The notes beneath the pieces were generated by a model. That model ran no database searches. It had not been told where the DNA came from and saw nothing but the letters and a program-made list of their open reading frames with translations. A program made the position numbers and the translations under genes. Positions 28,601 through 40,500 of a DNA stretch of 63,726 nt are shown here, piece after piece; positions within the stretch are counted from its first letter, which is position 1; the number at the start of each line of letters is the position of its first letter. Location of the stretch: contig CM097885.1 of assembly GCA_044892525.1 (NCBI GenBank), positions 46,810,001-46,873,726 on the forward strand, given 5' to 3'. This DNA comes from Schmidtea polychroa. Its lineage: Eukaryota.

Positions 28601-29093
28601 TCTTACTTCTCATTTGTTGAAAATATAATATAATGATATTACTGTCTTTTTCTGAATTTTTAAAAAAAATTTATTTAAAATTATAATTAAATATCCTCTA
28701 AAATTCTAAATAACACCAACCAAAATTTTTAAATTTTTAAATCTTCTATAATTAGCCCCTAGAAGCCCTTAAAATATTTATAGAATAAAGCTTTCAATAA
28801 CATACGGGATTTAAATATTTTAATAAATGTGTCAATTTTGATTTTTAATTTCTATTACTTTATATATATATATATATATTAATGAATATTTGATTTTATG
28901 TATCGCTAGCAAGAACCTTTGCTCGCCACTGTACAAAAGTACATATTTAAACAAATAGAAATATTTTATTTAAAATTTTCAAATAAATATAATTAATCTC
29001 TTTTAGGAAACTGGAGATCCTCCTGAAACCGTTATCATTACACAACCTTGTGATGCCAATGCGTCCAAAAGTTCCTATGGAACAATAGAATAA
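7661..29093 (+). CDS. DNAJC5: Cysteine string protein (DnaJ homolog subfamily C member 5), 190 aa in 6 exons
   Basis: Exons 7661-7707, 7750-7831, 7880-7936, 10653-10805, 25778-25924 and 29007-29093, all GT-AG and in phase. J domain DIKKSYRRLALKYHPDKN, then YDKYGSLGL and the cysteine string GCCYCCFCYCFCCYNFCCGKC. Confidence 0.95.
8622..8946 (-). mobile_element. Gypsy integrase C-terminal remnant (frameshifted)
   Basis: TLKVAL...WAKDLPWVMLGL...VFG and SHIWVR...LQQIYEG are typical Gypsy integrase tail motifs, related to the 5518-7289 family. Confidence 0.75.
9423..10090 (-). mobile_element. BEL/Pao retrotransposon pol remnant
   Basis: RFPIIL...H....HFG...KKCVICQK...QIMEPLPALR is the BEL/Pao integrase zinc-binding region. 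Boundaries are approximate. Confidence 0.7.
13834..14390. mobile_element. hAT-family MITE, 557 bp
   Basis: Termini TAGAGTGGCCA and TGGCCACTCCA, exact 8-bp TSD TTTATTAC (13826-13833, 14391-14398), and subterminal GTCCCGGA motifs. Confidence 0.85.
14450..14757 (-). mobile_element. pogo/Tigger transposon remnant
   Basis: ILNLANVLGFDEFKEGDVLDLLDAGREPLSYDELIRLE resembles the Tigger transposase C-terminus. Tigger-like end TACACTCATACCTCGCTATAACGG near 14734-14757 (minus). Confidence 0.55.
19380..21358 (+). mobile_element. 5'-truncated Gypsy element: RNase H-integrase remnant plus probable 3' LTR
   Basis: FILDTDASFDTIGAVLSQ, KELLAI, TDHKAI (RNase H); HLLLCHAG..CEAC zinc finger; YMDICGP and SPYHHNTNGVIERQFRTI (rve); YEGPYTV tail. 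Frameshifted. PPT AGTAGGGGGA is followed by TG at 21066. The LTR end at about 21358 (CA) is tentative. Confidence 0.85.
21754..22222. mobile_element. Possible pogo/Tigger-type MITE
   Basis: Left end TACAGGTAATCCCC, repeated AAACCGTGT motifs, and a degenerate right end TTCTTCGAGGG. TSD not confirmed. Confidence 0.35.
22280..22810 (+). mobile_element. Penelope-like retroelement RT remnant
   Basis: YDKGNGLVIL, SFDVRSLFSNVPLLETID and DGVAMGSSLAPTM are Penelope-type RT motifs, interrupted by stops and frameshifts. Confidence 0.75.
23757..24300. repeat. Repeat element with inverted clusters of an AAAACATCGA motif
   Basis: Several AAAACATCGA(T/C)T copies on + at 23760-23880, mirrored by TCGATGTTTT and CTATGTTTT copies at 24180-24275. 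Likely MITE subterminal arrays. Confidence 0.5.
26430..26678. mobile_element. hAT (Charlie/Buster-type) MITE, 249 bp
   Basis: Termini CAGCCATGGCCAAC and GTTGGCTACCACTG, with exact 8-bp TSD GTCTAGTC (26422-26429, 26679-26686). Confidence 0.85.
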
Positions 29094-29887
29094 ATTTTTT
29101 CAATTTAAGATATTTATGTAATAATTTGCTGTGATAATATTTACTAATTGATAAAATTTGCCTTACACAAAACATGCAATTCATTTTAATTTGTCTGATT
29201 TTGTAAAGGGATTCTTTAATGTCTTCCCATGTCTATTTAAATTGGTATTATTATAACTCTCTTTTCTCTATGTTGTTGGTCATTGCGATTTATATAATTG
29301 GTTAGATGTTCAGCGTTAATACAACAATAATACAATGATTATATATAAACTATATATATATTTACTTGATAAGTATTACCGTTCTTTTAATAAATTATCT
29401 GAGGATTTGTACAATTTTTCTAGTTAATCTAGTTAATCTTTGTTTAATTTTAATTTTTAAGTGCTTGAAAATTTATTAAAACTGAATTTAATTCAATATT
29501 TCTCAACTGCTATCAATACAATGTAATTGGACGTTCCGGATCATATTTCAACATTGCTAGTTTTGAGGTATTGGTAAAGTTTCGATGGGAATTTGCTCTG
29601 AATCGGGCTCGTCGTTGTTAGTAGAAAATTTGGAGAAAAACCCAGCAATATATAGAAGATATTTCGATTTCATAAAAACATGAATTTCGATTTCATTATC
29701 ATGAGATCAATCTGCAATCAGATATTGATTATTGGCTTAGCAAAGTTCTTGCCGTTAATTGTTCAATACAATGTCTGGGGCTTAATTTCATCTGTAACTG
29801 GACGTTCTGGCTCATTTCAGCATTGCTATGGTTGAGGTATTAGTAAAGCTTCGACAGGAATTAATTCTGAATCTGGAACATTGTGTT

Positions 29888-31552
29888 CAGTGGCGTACGC
29901 AGGGGGGGGGGTTTAACCCCTCATGATTCCAACAACAATATAAAAAACTATAATTAATAAATATATAAACTTAAAACAATTTAAGAAATATTCCGAATGC
30001 CGATATATATACAGGCCCGACAAGAGGGGGGTTTGATGGGGAAAATGCCCGAGGCCCCGGAGAAAAAATCTATCATGATTTAAATCACTTGATTTTTTTA
30101 ATGAAAAAATCATGATTTCAATTTGTAGGAACTATGTTCCTCCTTTTGTAGTGCGTGTGTGTGGGGTACGTCTGGAGAGTGTCCGTTGCCAAGATTGCGA
30201 AAAAGTCTACACGGCACAAACGCATCTTGCAGTAATGGTAAGCACATGTGGCAATCTTTTGTTTGTCAAGAGTCAAGTGCTTGCTATCACTAGCTTTTGA
30301 CATTTTGAGCCTGTTTCATTATTTACAAACTATTATTATTTAACTAAAAGAAAAATTACAAACATTAATATTTTAGTAAGTGTAGTTGTTTGATCAATGT
30401 GAAAATCTCCAGGAAGAAGCGGATAAAGTAATCGTGTTTGTGAACTAAGCCGAAAGTGAATAAGAAATTAACCTAAGCTTTGGGCTACAAAGCATTTCTT
30501 TACCGGTGCTGGAGTGCTGAAGTCTAATTTTCGATTATTAGTAATTAGCAGTCAATGGGAGACCGCCATCGACTCCGATATTCGCGACGTGGATGAATTA
30601 GAAATGACACCAAGTGACGAATTCAGAACAAATGTTTTCAATGTTTTCTTAGATTGTATTATTGGAAATATTTGCAAGAAGATTTAATGCGGCTAAAGAA
30701 ATTGATTCGTTATTTAATGTATTATGGTTATTTCATAACCTTAATGATGAAGAAATACAAAAGAAGTCCGAAAAATTACAAAAGGTATATGAAAATAATT
30801 ATGACCATAATCTTGGTGAAGAAATACTCCATTTAAAATCAATTTATGATGCCAATATACAAAACAAATCTCTCTCGCCCATTGAGTTACTAAACATCAT
30901 TAAAAAAATGAAACTGGATGTATTGTTTCCCAACATAATAATAGCACTAAGATTATTTTGTACGATCCCTGTAACCGTTGCTGAAGCAGAACGATCCTTT
31001 AGTGTTTTTAAAAGGATAAAAGATGTTTTGAGATCCACAATGTCACAACACCGATTGAATGATTTAGGAATGTTGTCGATTGAATCTGAAATGGCTAAGA
31101 AAATTGATTTTCAAGACGTAATTAATTTGTTTGCTAGGCGCAAAGTTCGGAAAGCAACATTCTAAAAAATAATTTGTTTTTTGTACTTTTTTTGTAACTT
31201 TGGTTGTAAACGTTTTCATTTTTGTAAGAGAATTTTTGATGAATACATTGTTCCAATAACAATTAGGACATTTTTCGGTTTCCCGCTTCATTTATAAATA
31301 GCCCAAAGTCCGAGGGGAAAAATTTTTTTTCACGCTATTGGCAGGGGCCCTACAAGAAGTATATCCCCGGGCCACAANNNNNNNNNNNNNNNNNNNNNNN
31401 NNNNNNNNNNNNNNNNNNNNNNNNNNNNNNNNNNNNNNNNNNNNNNNNNNNNNNNNNNNNNNNNNNNNNNNNNNNNNNNNNNNNNNNNNNNNNNNNNNNN
31501 NNNNNNNNNNNNNNNNNNNNNCCCCGATGGATTCATCCTGCGTACGCGCCTG
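29888..31552. mobile_element. hAT element containing a nested second hAT
   Basis: Termini CAGTGGCGTACGCAGG and CCTGCGTACGCGCCTG, with exact 8-bp TSD ATTGTGTT (29880-29887, 31553-31560). The inner element starts CAGGCCCGAC at about 30012 and its right end runs into the N gap. Confidence 0.8.
30662..31165 (+). pseudogene. hAT (Tip100/ZMYM1-like) transposase C-terminal fragment
   Basis: LFPNIIIALRLFCTIPVTVAEAERSFSVFKRIKDVLRSTMSQHRLNDLGMLSIE is the hATC dimerisation domain. The catalytic core is deleted. Confidence 0.85.
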
Positions 31553-34500
31553 ATTGTGTTTAGTTGAAAAATCAGAGAAAAACCCAGCAATATAGAATTT
31601 TTTCATCAATCACAAGAAAACTATAATTTCCATTCATTCCTGAGGTAGAATTCTAACAGATTTCACCCATGAGATTAATCTGCAATCTTATATTGATTAT
31701 TGGCTTTATCTTAGTTCGCGCTTTGTTTTTCTGGCCACACGTGTTGTAAATTTCTTTGTTTATCCTTCCTTTTTATAAACTGGTTGTCATCAATTATTAT
31801 TGCTTAAGACTTCTGTCTGAAAACTCAGTCTTGCCGATTTTTAGACTTATTTTTAACATTATTATTATTCAAATTTATTTATTTTTTGAACCAGAACCTG
31901 AGAATAAATAAAAAGGTATTTTAACTAAATCATTTTTTTACATAATCTCTACGTTTTATTTAATTGCTGTTATTGAAAATACTATCTTTTTTTAATTCAC
32001 TTTTAGAAGATAAGGGAACAAAATATCAACAAATATTTCTAGGTTGATACTATCGCAATAAACTTTCTAGCGTCCTTCTTTTTCCAATCACTTTGATACA
32101 TTTTAGGACCAGCCTTAGTGATTACCTTTAAAAAGTAACATTATAAATAAATCTTATCAAAACATCGTTGGGTAATGTAGAAATGAACTAAAATAAAAAT
32201 TGGAACACAAATAAAACCAATAAAAATATCAAAATGACAAAAGAGCATAAATTTGAAAAATAATATTGATCGGGGAATGAGTATGGTTGAACGCCAAATC
32301 TAGAGATGAACCCAAGAATGATAATAATAGACCAAATTCCAGGAAATTGACAAGGCCTATCTTATAGTCGAAAATTTTTTCATTTCTATTAAATATATTA
32401 TTTGCAGCAAAAGGATTAAATTATAATTTAATTGTTTAATATCTTCATTTAGTTTTCAAAAGACACTTGGAAAAGTCAGCCGAATTTTGTGCTATATTTT
32501 AAATATTGATCTATAGTCGAAAATCGTTGAGATATTGGCATAATTACACTACCAGGTATAATCCGTTGTAATTAATATTCATGAAAATCGTTTTTAATTA
32601 ATTATTCATTTGCCATAGTTCGTTAAACAAAATGAATTATGTAATTCCATCAATGTTATTGTTAAATGGTTCCAAGTTTCACTGTTATCACAATATAGCA
32701 CCGCTGAATAATGGATTTAACAATTTATTTTAATGTAGCATGATAATTTAATTGTCATTTTCATTATTGAAAAATTACTGCAATATTTAAATTTGTGTTA
32801 ATAAGAAAAATAATATAAATACGATGTTCTTTTTAAATAAGTTCGGTGTACAGTATTTTTTTAGGAACACCTAAGTAACTTCTTTACCCATCTTCATTAC
32901 TGATAACGTATGATTTTGCCTCTAAGTACCAATATTTAAAAGACTACTTAACAGCTATTTTTGTAAATATTTTTGGTACTCGAATTCCCAGTGAGCACTG
33001 TTAACAGCATTTTAATCCATCGATATGCCTTTAGAAGGTTACATATAGGGTTTTTAGTACTGTGACTCAGTTGCTTTAGTTCATTCAAAACACTTACAGT
33101 CTTACACACTAAAATACTAACACGGTTCACTAATTAATTTAATTCAAAGATTTCAACCCTCTATCATCATAAAGCCAAATTTAATATGATTTTTATTGGT
33201 TCAGTAATCAAAAGATAAATCAGAACATTAATTAAATTTGATTTGCATTACACTATGTTCATTAAGATTTTTCCGCAATCTATATCAATGGTATCTTCGA
33301 AATCGTCAAATTATTTTAAGTCGATATCAGCGCTTAACACTCGATCTACTTCGAGTACTTCTTAATGAATTCTTTTATGCTTCCTTTTCTTTTTATTTGT
33401 TCTATCTTTCAGTTTTTCTCTACCTTTATGCGGTGTATTAGTTTTTCAACAATTAGAGGAGTATCGACTGGCATAAATTCAACTGTCTTTTTTTAGCTAA
33501 CGATGTCATTCATCATTGTAGCTTCTTCTATGCGTATATATTATAGTGAACCACACTATCGAGCAACGTAAATCTAAACTTTCGATTTTTTTATTGTGAA
33601 GTCGGGCTTTTTAAGAAAGATTTTTAAATTTTTAGTTTTTTTAGTTTTTTGTATTTACTTTCTATCAAAGTAAATGCCATCCAAGGAAGGGTGGCAACGT
33701 TGGTTTTGGATTAGAACTAACTGAATTATTGGAGATTAATTCTTTCATTTCAAATAGTGATCTTATTCATACGATAATATGACTCTATGAAATTGTAGGT
33801 ATATTTAAATGTTTATCGATGCGATTAAATCTTGATCCGACTTATTGTGTTCAGCAATCAAATAAATAGAACTCAAATACCAACAACATCTTTATTTTTA
33901 AATTGCACAAACTAATTTTTGGATTACAATAGCTGGGTAATACTCAATACTAATAAGTAAATCAAAACACAATTTGGTTTATCATTTTTTCTGAATCGGT
34001 CTAGTTCACCTTCTTCAACAATTTCTGCTAAGTTTAATTATTTTCGTTTTATTTATTTCTGCTGAGTTATTTTAATTTTTCCATCTTCGACCAAATGATG
34101 ATTTCTTTTTTTTTGCTATCTGATTATATAGTATTTCATTGATCTTTACTTTATTCGGCTGAAAAATTCAATTCTTCTGACAATTCGCTGGTCAAGCTGA
34201 AGAATTTATTGCCTTATCTTAATTCCTGACAACCAATTGATCTCACAGTCCTCTGGGCATCCTTTGATTAATGGCTTTCGTTAAGGCTTAATTAATTTAT
34301 TTGTTTTTGGGCGTTCTATAGACTTCTGATCAATTGGAAATTATTTTATTCTTCTTCAGAATTTCATTTACCACCGGTTATTACTTTCCGCTCCCTGAAA
34401 AAATATTGATTTTTACCTTTTCCAAATATTAAATTAATTTTAATTGAAAATTATAATTTTTATAATTTTGCATTTCTGTTTCGTATATTTTTTTAATATC

Positions 34501-35230
34501 CCAACAAAATCTTAAATATGATAACTCTTGTTTCACCAAAACCTATTTATTTCTTCCATTCTTTTAAGCATGGTTTCGAACCCACAAATTTTTGAATTGA
34601 AGTTAGGATTCTGGTTAAAATAAAACAGAAATCAATGATTTATTTAAAAAAAGAATTCCATTTAATATTTCAAATAAATAATGCTAAGATTTTCAATTTT
34701 CAAATGGACCGTTTTATGGACATCAAATTTTAAACCAAAATGCGATCTTGAGATTCAGTTACCTTAAAATGAAACAAGGAGTATTAATCTTAAATAATTT
34801 TGTCAACTGAATTAATTTTCTACTGATTCTCAAGCACTTTACATCGTTTCAACGTAGATACTACAGTATATATGGGTCTATAGTCACAAAATGAAATCAT
34901 TAGTATTTCCTTCCCAATATAAGCAAACGTATTCCAACATAAGTTTAAAGATTTTTTAATATACAAATGTTAGTAAAATATGAATTCTTATACAAATAAT
35001 AATATAATAACAAATTTTAAAACTAAAAAATATAAATTTAAGTTTATTTTAGTTTTATAAAGTCAAATTAAATTAATTAAATGTAAAATTGAATTTATTA
35101 TTTATTGTTTATTTAATATCGGCATACAGATTAAATTTTGAATTTTTTATTTATTATTTAATAATTAAAAAAATTAAAATTTACTAGAGGTTGTGAAATA
35201 ATTATAGTAAATACATAATAATTCTATAAA

Positions 35231-37476
35231 ATGTCTTTGTTGAGTAAGAAAGACGATTCTATGCCCGTTTTGCCATTTGACAATTTAAATCATTGGATTT
35301 ATTGTGTATGTGTTGTCACTTTCGATTTAGAATTAGGTCAAGCAATGGAGGTAATTAAACATTTTATACATAATATGAAATTAATTTTCAAAAATCTAGT
35401 GCATTTATCCAAAACATATTAAGCTCGCCGATTCTGAAGTAGTATTATAGATAAATTTTTATTATTTTTTATTGCACATTAGAAATCCAATGTTAACTAT
35501 TTGTCTTTTCCAGATTCTAATTCAGGTTTCAAATTTTATTTTATTTATTTATTCATTACATACTTTGTTAGGTTGCATGGGAGATACAAGATACCATTTT
35601 AGATTTCGATGTAAGAAACCAGTGTTTCATAACGATGACAAAACAAGTGAATTTTATCCAGATTGTTTAAAAGTATTACATTTTATATTTAATAAATTAG
35701 TTTTTTCAATCATATTTTTTCTTATTGTTAAAAATTTCTCTGTTATTAAATTACTAATCTACAAATTAAAAACCTATTTTAAATTTTCTTACCCCGAGTA
35801 AAGTACCGATTTTTTAAAGTAACACTAAATAGGTAATAACTAATAAAGAGTAGCAAATTCTTCATAACAATATGAATTGTATTTTAGCGGGGTTACAACG
35901 GGGGTATTAAAAGCAAGCAATGCTTCGTAGTATCTAGTTAAAAGGATCCTCATATAAAATTGCCAAGTTCGACCATGTAATCTATTTACATTGTAAAAAG
36001 TATAATGAAATAAAATAGCAATAGCTATAATCGGTTTATTTATATAAAGAACATAAAAAGTAACATTCCAATATGAAAATAAAAGAACAATTATAAAAAT
36101 CAATTTTTGTTACAATGGCTATTTGTTTCATATATGGAAAAGGATTCTTTTTATCAGAATTACCTACTAAACGAGATAAACATTCAGATGCGTTTTTATA
36201 CGTTTTTCTCTTTGGCTTAAAACCTGCCGCTTTTCTAACCCCATTTCGCCATGTTTTTAGTTTTAAAAAAGTTAAATGTTTAAAATCACATTCTCTTTAC
36301 ATCTAACTCTTAAATTTTAACTCTTACATCAGTAAATTTCAATCTTTAACTGACCTTCCAAACCCCCATAACGGCTGCCCTTACAATTTGACCCTTTTAT
36401 CAACTTCTCTAGCGACATTTTCAACTCTATAATGACCTTAAATGACCTTCAATCAATATTAACCTTGATCCATTACATAATATGGTATTGACCTCAAATA
36501 CACTTGATCTTCAAATGACCTTGACCAGGGTTTTGATTTTGAATTTCTAAGAGATGTCGTTGACCAATTTCCTTAAAAATTCGAATAAGTAGCAAATCGA
36601 GTATGTTGATCAATATTTCGTTGAAAAAAATTTGAAAAAAATTGCCTGAAATGGGATTTGAACCCATCGGTCTTTGCATTGCTAATGAGTGATATTACCA
36701 CTAGGCTATCACTGCGGTGTTCAATACAAAAATTGTTGTTATTGTGTGCATATTTATTGATTAAATTAATAATTAATTAATCATTATCTTGACAACTACC
36801 ATTCAGAATGCTCTAAAAATTTAATTACATGGCAAAATCAGTACGTTAAGGACAGTCAACGATGGGTAATGATAGAAAGTACATCAGCTTGCTTTGTATT
36901 AATGAATTCCGTTTCCACTTAGATCAAATGAATGAAAAAACAGGGCAAATAAGATTTCTATAATTAAAATGACATGCAGAAATAACTTGTTGTCAATTTT
37001 ATGCCTTAACCCCTTGAGTCGCGGATTATTATTTTTCTCAAATCGAGTTATTTTACACACCTGATACTTTATTAGCAGTAATGTTCGATTACAAGAGAAG
37101 TGGCTGAAAAATCCCATTCACTTATTTTCAGAGTTACAACTAAAAGAAAATTTGGGATATTTTGTAGTGGGATCACCTGTCGCAACAGCACATTATAAAT
37201 TAATGGTAGATTGAAAACAAAACTCAAATTTAATTGTAAAAATGTTTTATAATTATGGAGTACAAAGAGAATACAAAAAGTCAAATATATTTTAATTTAT
37301 TATGAAATGGAAGGAAACATGATTGGCATAACTGAACGATTCTCTCAAAATCTATTGAAATATAAGCAGGTAAAGAAAACACTAGCACCGATACGTTACT
37401 GCTAAAGCAATAAACGGTAACTTATACGAACTTGGCGCACTAGAGTAGGGTGAAAGATAGAGAGTGACTGATGGGA

Positions 37477-37549
<73 letters not shown>

Positions 37550-40500
37550 TTTAAATATTAAATTTAAACTAACTTAATTTTACCCTATTAGACGCAACAA
37601 CCCCAACGCCAATGTACCTTGGCACGGCCCTGTATAAATCTTTTTTTATAAATAAATAGTTAAACCTACATGGTAACGATTTAATTATAAGAAGGTGCCA
37701 CTCAAAAATTCATTTTACGATATATTTTGACAGTTTTCCTGTCATCATCAGGTAGGATATAATAACTATATAGATTATAGATTCTTGAACAAATTTATGC
37801 ATTATAAGAACTTCTTTCAATTTTCACCTCTGATTTCTTTTCAATTGACATTGCATTTATTTAAACATTGACTATGAATCAGTAAAGATATAAAAAACAT
37901 CAATATCTTTACTGATTCATAGNNNNNNNNNNNNNNNNNNNNNNNNNNNNNNNNNNNNNNNNNNNNNNNNNNNNNNNNNNNNNNNNNNNNNNNNNNNNNN
38001 NNNNNNNNNNNNNNNNNNNNNNNNNNNNNNNNNNNNNNNNNNNNNNNNNNNNNNNNNNNNNNNNNNNNNNNNNNNNNNNNNNNNNNNNNNNNNNNNNNNN
38101 NNNNNNNNNNNNAATTTTAATTTGTTTAACTTTTAAAATTTTACTTTATCTAAGAAATTGTTTTCTAAATAAATTTCAAATTTTTCATTTATAATAAATC
38201 CTCTTTGTATAAAAATAATCTTCAGTAATGAAATTCTAAAATCAGTTAACCTTCTCCGTGTAAAAAATAATGCTGATATTTATAGTGAGCCGTTCTATTC
38301 CCACAAAAACGGTTACAAAATGTGCCTTCAGCTTCATCCCGATGGATTCAAAGCTGGAAAAGGGACACATCTTTCTGTTTTCTTTTTCATAATGCGCGGT
38401 GAAAACGATGCACTTTTGCAATGGCCTATGAAACTGGAATTGACATCTTGCTTTATTGTCGAATATATTCAACAAATATACGGAGAGGGTTAAATATCAA
38501 ATATGCAAAATAAACACCCACTATAAATTTACTTATTGAAATAAAGTGTACTTATTATTACACATTTTTTTCATTTTATTGTATCAATTTAATTTAAGGG
38601 ATTTTTCCGTTTTTCATTATTCCTTATTTTAAATTCAATTTCCTCTAACACTGTATTAAATTTTATGATTTATATTTAATAATCTTTATAATTGTCGGTA
38701 CAAATATTTACACTGAAATATACATGCACACGCTATCATTTATCATTAATAATTATCTTGATGTTTATTGCTTGCATAAATTAAGCCGCAGCGTAGATTT
38801 TTATAAAAATTTTCTTTTTATCACGCGATTTTAAATTAAATCTTTAAATCTATATTAAATTAAATCTAATAAATCTATATTTAAATTAAATCTATTTGAA
38901 ATATGCTAGAAAATGGTCATTGATTAAATAAATTTTATTATTGACAAATTCTTTATTTTAATTAAGCAGATTAACAGTGAATTTCGTATTTTCTTCCTTG
39001 TATTATGTCGGTAGTTTTAGTTAAGCAATTAAAATTAAACAAGAGTTTTGTTTACAATTTAAACACGAGTTAGACGGACAAATTGAAAAATACTTCATTA
39101 CAAAAATAATTACTGGAAAATATCACGAAAAAGATTTTTTCAAATGACTGTCGAAAGACAAGTTTTATTTAGACGCGTCTTAACAAAATACGAGAGGATT
39201 GCTTCCTATTGAAATTATTTTGAATCATAAAAATAAAGTTACAATTGATTCTAGATAAAACCTTAGAGTTAAATTAGAATTAAATTAACAGTTGAACACA
39301 GTGTAAAAAGAACTATTATTAGAATAATATATATGGATGAAAATAAATACAAAACACTTTGAAATGTGATAAATTTTTCATTTGTAAGGAGAAAGATGAT
39401 ACTTTGAGATTGAAATACTATTAGGCAAAGACAATTAAATAGCTAAAAAGTTGGAAGAGTTTTCAAGGTGGAAGAGTTATCTATTTATTTATTTTATATA
39501 TTATATTTAAAACTTTAATATTTAATCGAATTAATTACTGAATTTGAAAAAAGGTAAGAAAGGAAAAAAATTTTATAATGAAATAATTTATATTTTACTG
39601 TGACACATTGCTACCCCGACAAGATTCTATTGCTCCCTGAGGGAACTTTCGACCCTTTTATCTAATCTGATGAATTCAAACAATCAACAAATTGTTGTCA
39701 TTGACTATTTGTCAACAAATTCACTGATAACAATACGTAAACGATTCACTTAAAATTTTAAAATTATTTCAAGCAAATTTGTAAATTTTTCAATAAATTT
39801 TTTAAGTAAACATTTATCATATTAAATTAATTAGATTAAACATTTCTAATTTTGCGTTTTGAAAGTTATATTTAAAGAAACAAAAAATAAAAATAGAATG
39901 GACGCATTAAAATATTATTGAGACTATCACCGTTTTACATGTTATTAATTATGTTTCATTTAACTTTATAAATTGATTTTTCTTTGATTAATTGCTGTTA
40001 TATAGATAATAAAATTCCAAGAAAAATGCGCGAGTTCTTATGTGTAATAAAAGTTGCTAATTTAAATATTTGTTTTAATAAAGTGAAACATTAAAATATT
40101 TTTAAATTTTTTTTTTGAGAAAATCAAAATATTTAAGTTACAAATTTATGAATAAGTAAAAATGACTTATAAATAGATAATAATTATTATAAGAAGTAGT
40201 GTGTTTATATCCCTAACGACCACAAGCCTCCCACTGTTTTCATGTTTTATACCTATTTTTCCCCCATAAACGTAAAAAAAACACTTAAAACCCCTAAAAA
40301 CCTATATCTTTTAATTTCTTTATTCTGAAGACATTTTGGTTTCAAAATAAAGACTTAAAAAAAACAACAAAAATATTAAAAAAACAACAAAAATATTAAT
40401 AAAACGGGGAAAAAAATACTGATAAAACTATGAAAAACGTTTGTCGGCTTGCGGTCGTTAGGGATATAAACACACTACTTGAGGATGTCAACTAGCAAGT

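Noticed and set aside
26722-28931. Single hAT element between TAGTGGCGTAGC and GCTCGCCACTG
   Set aside because: The ends are hAT-like but the flanking 8-mers do not match, so they may belong to different insertions.
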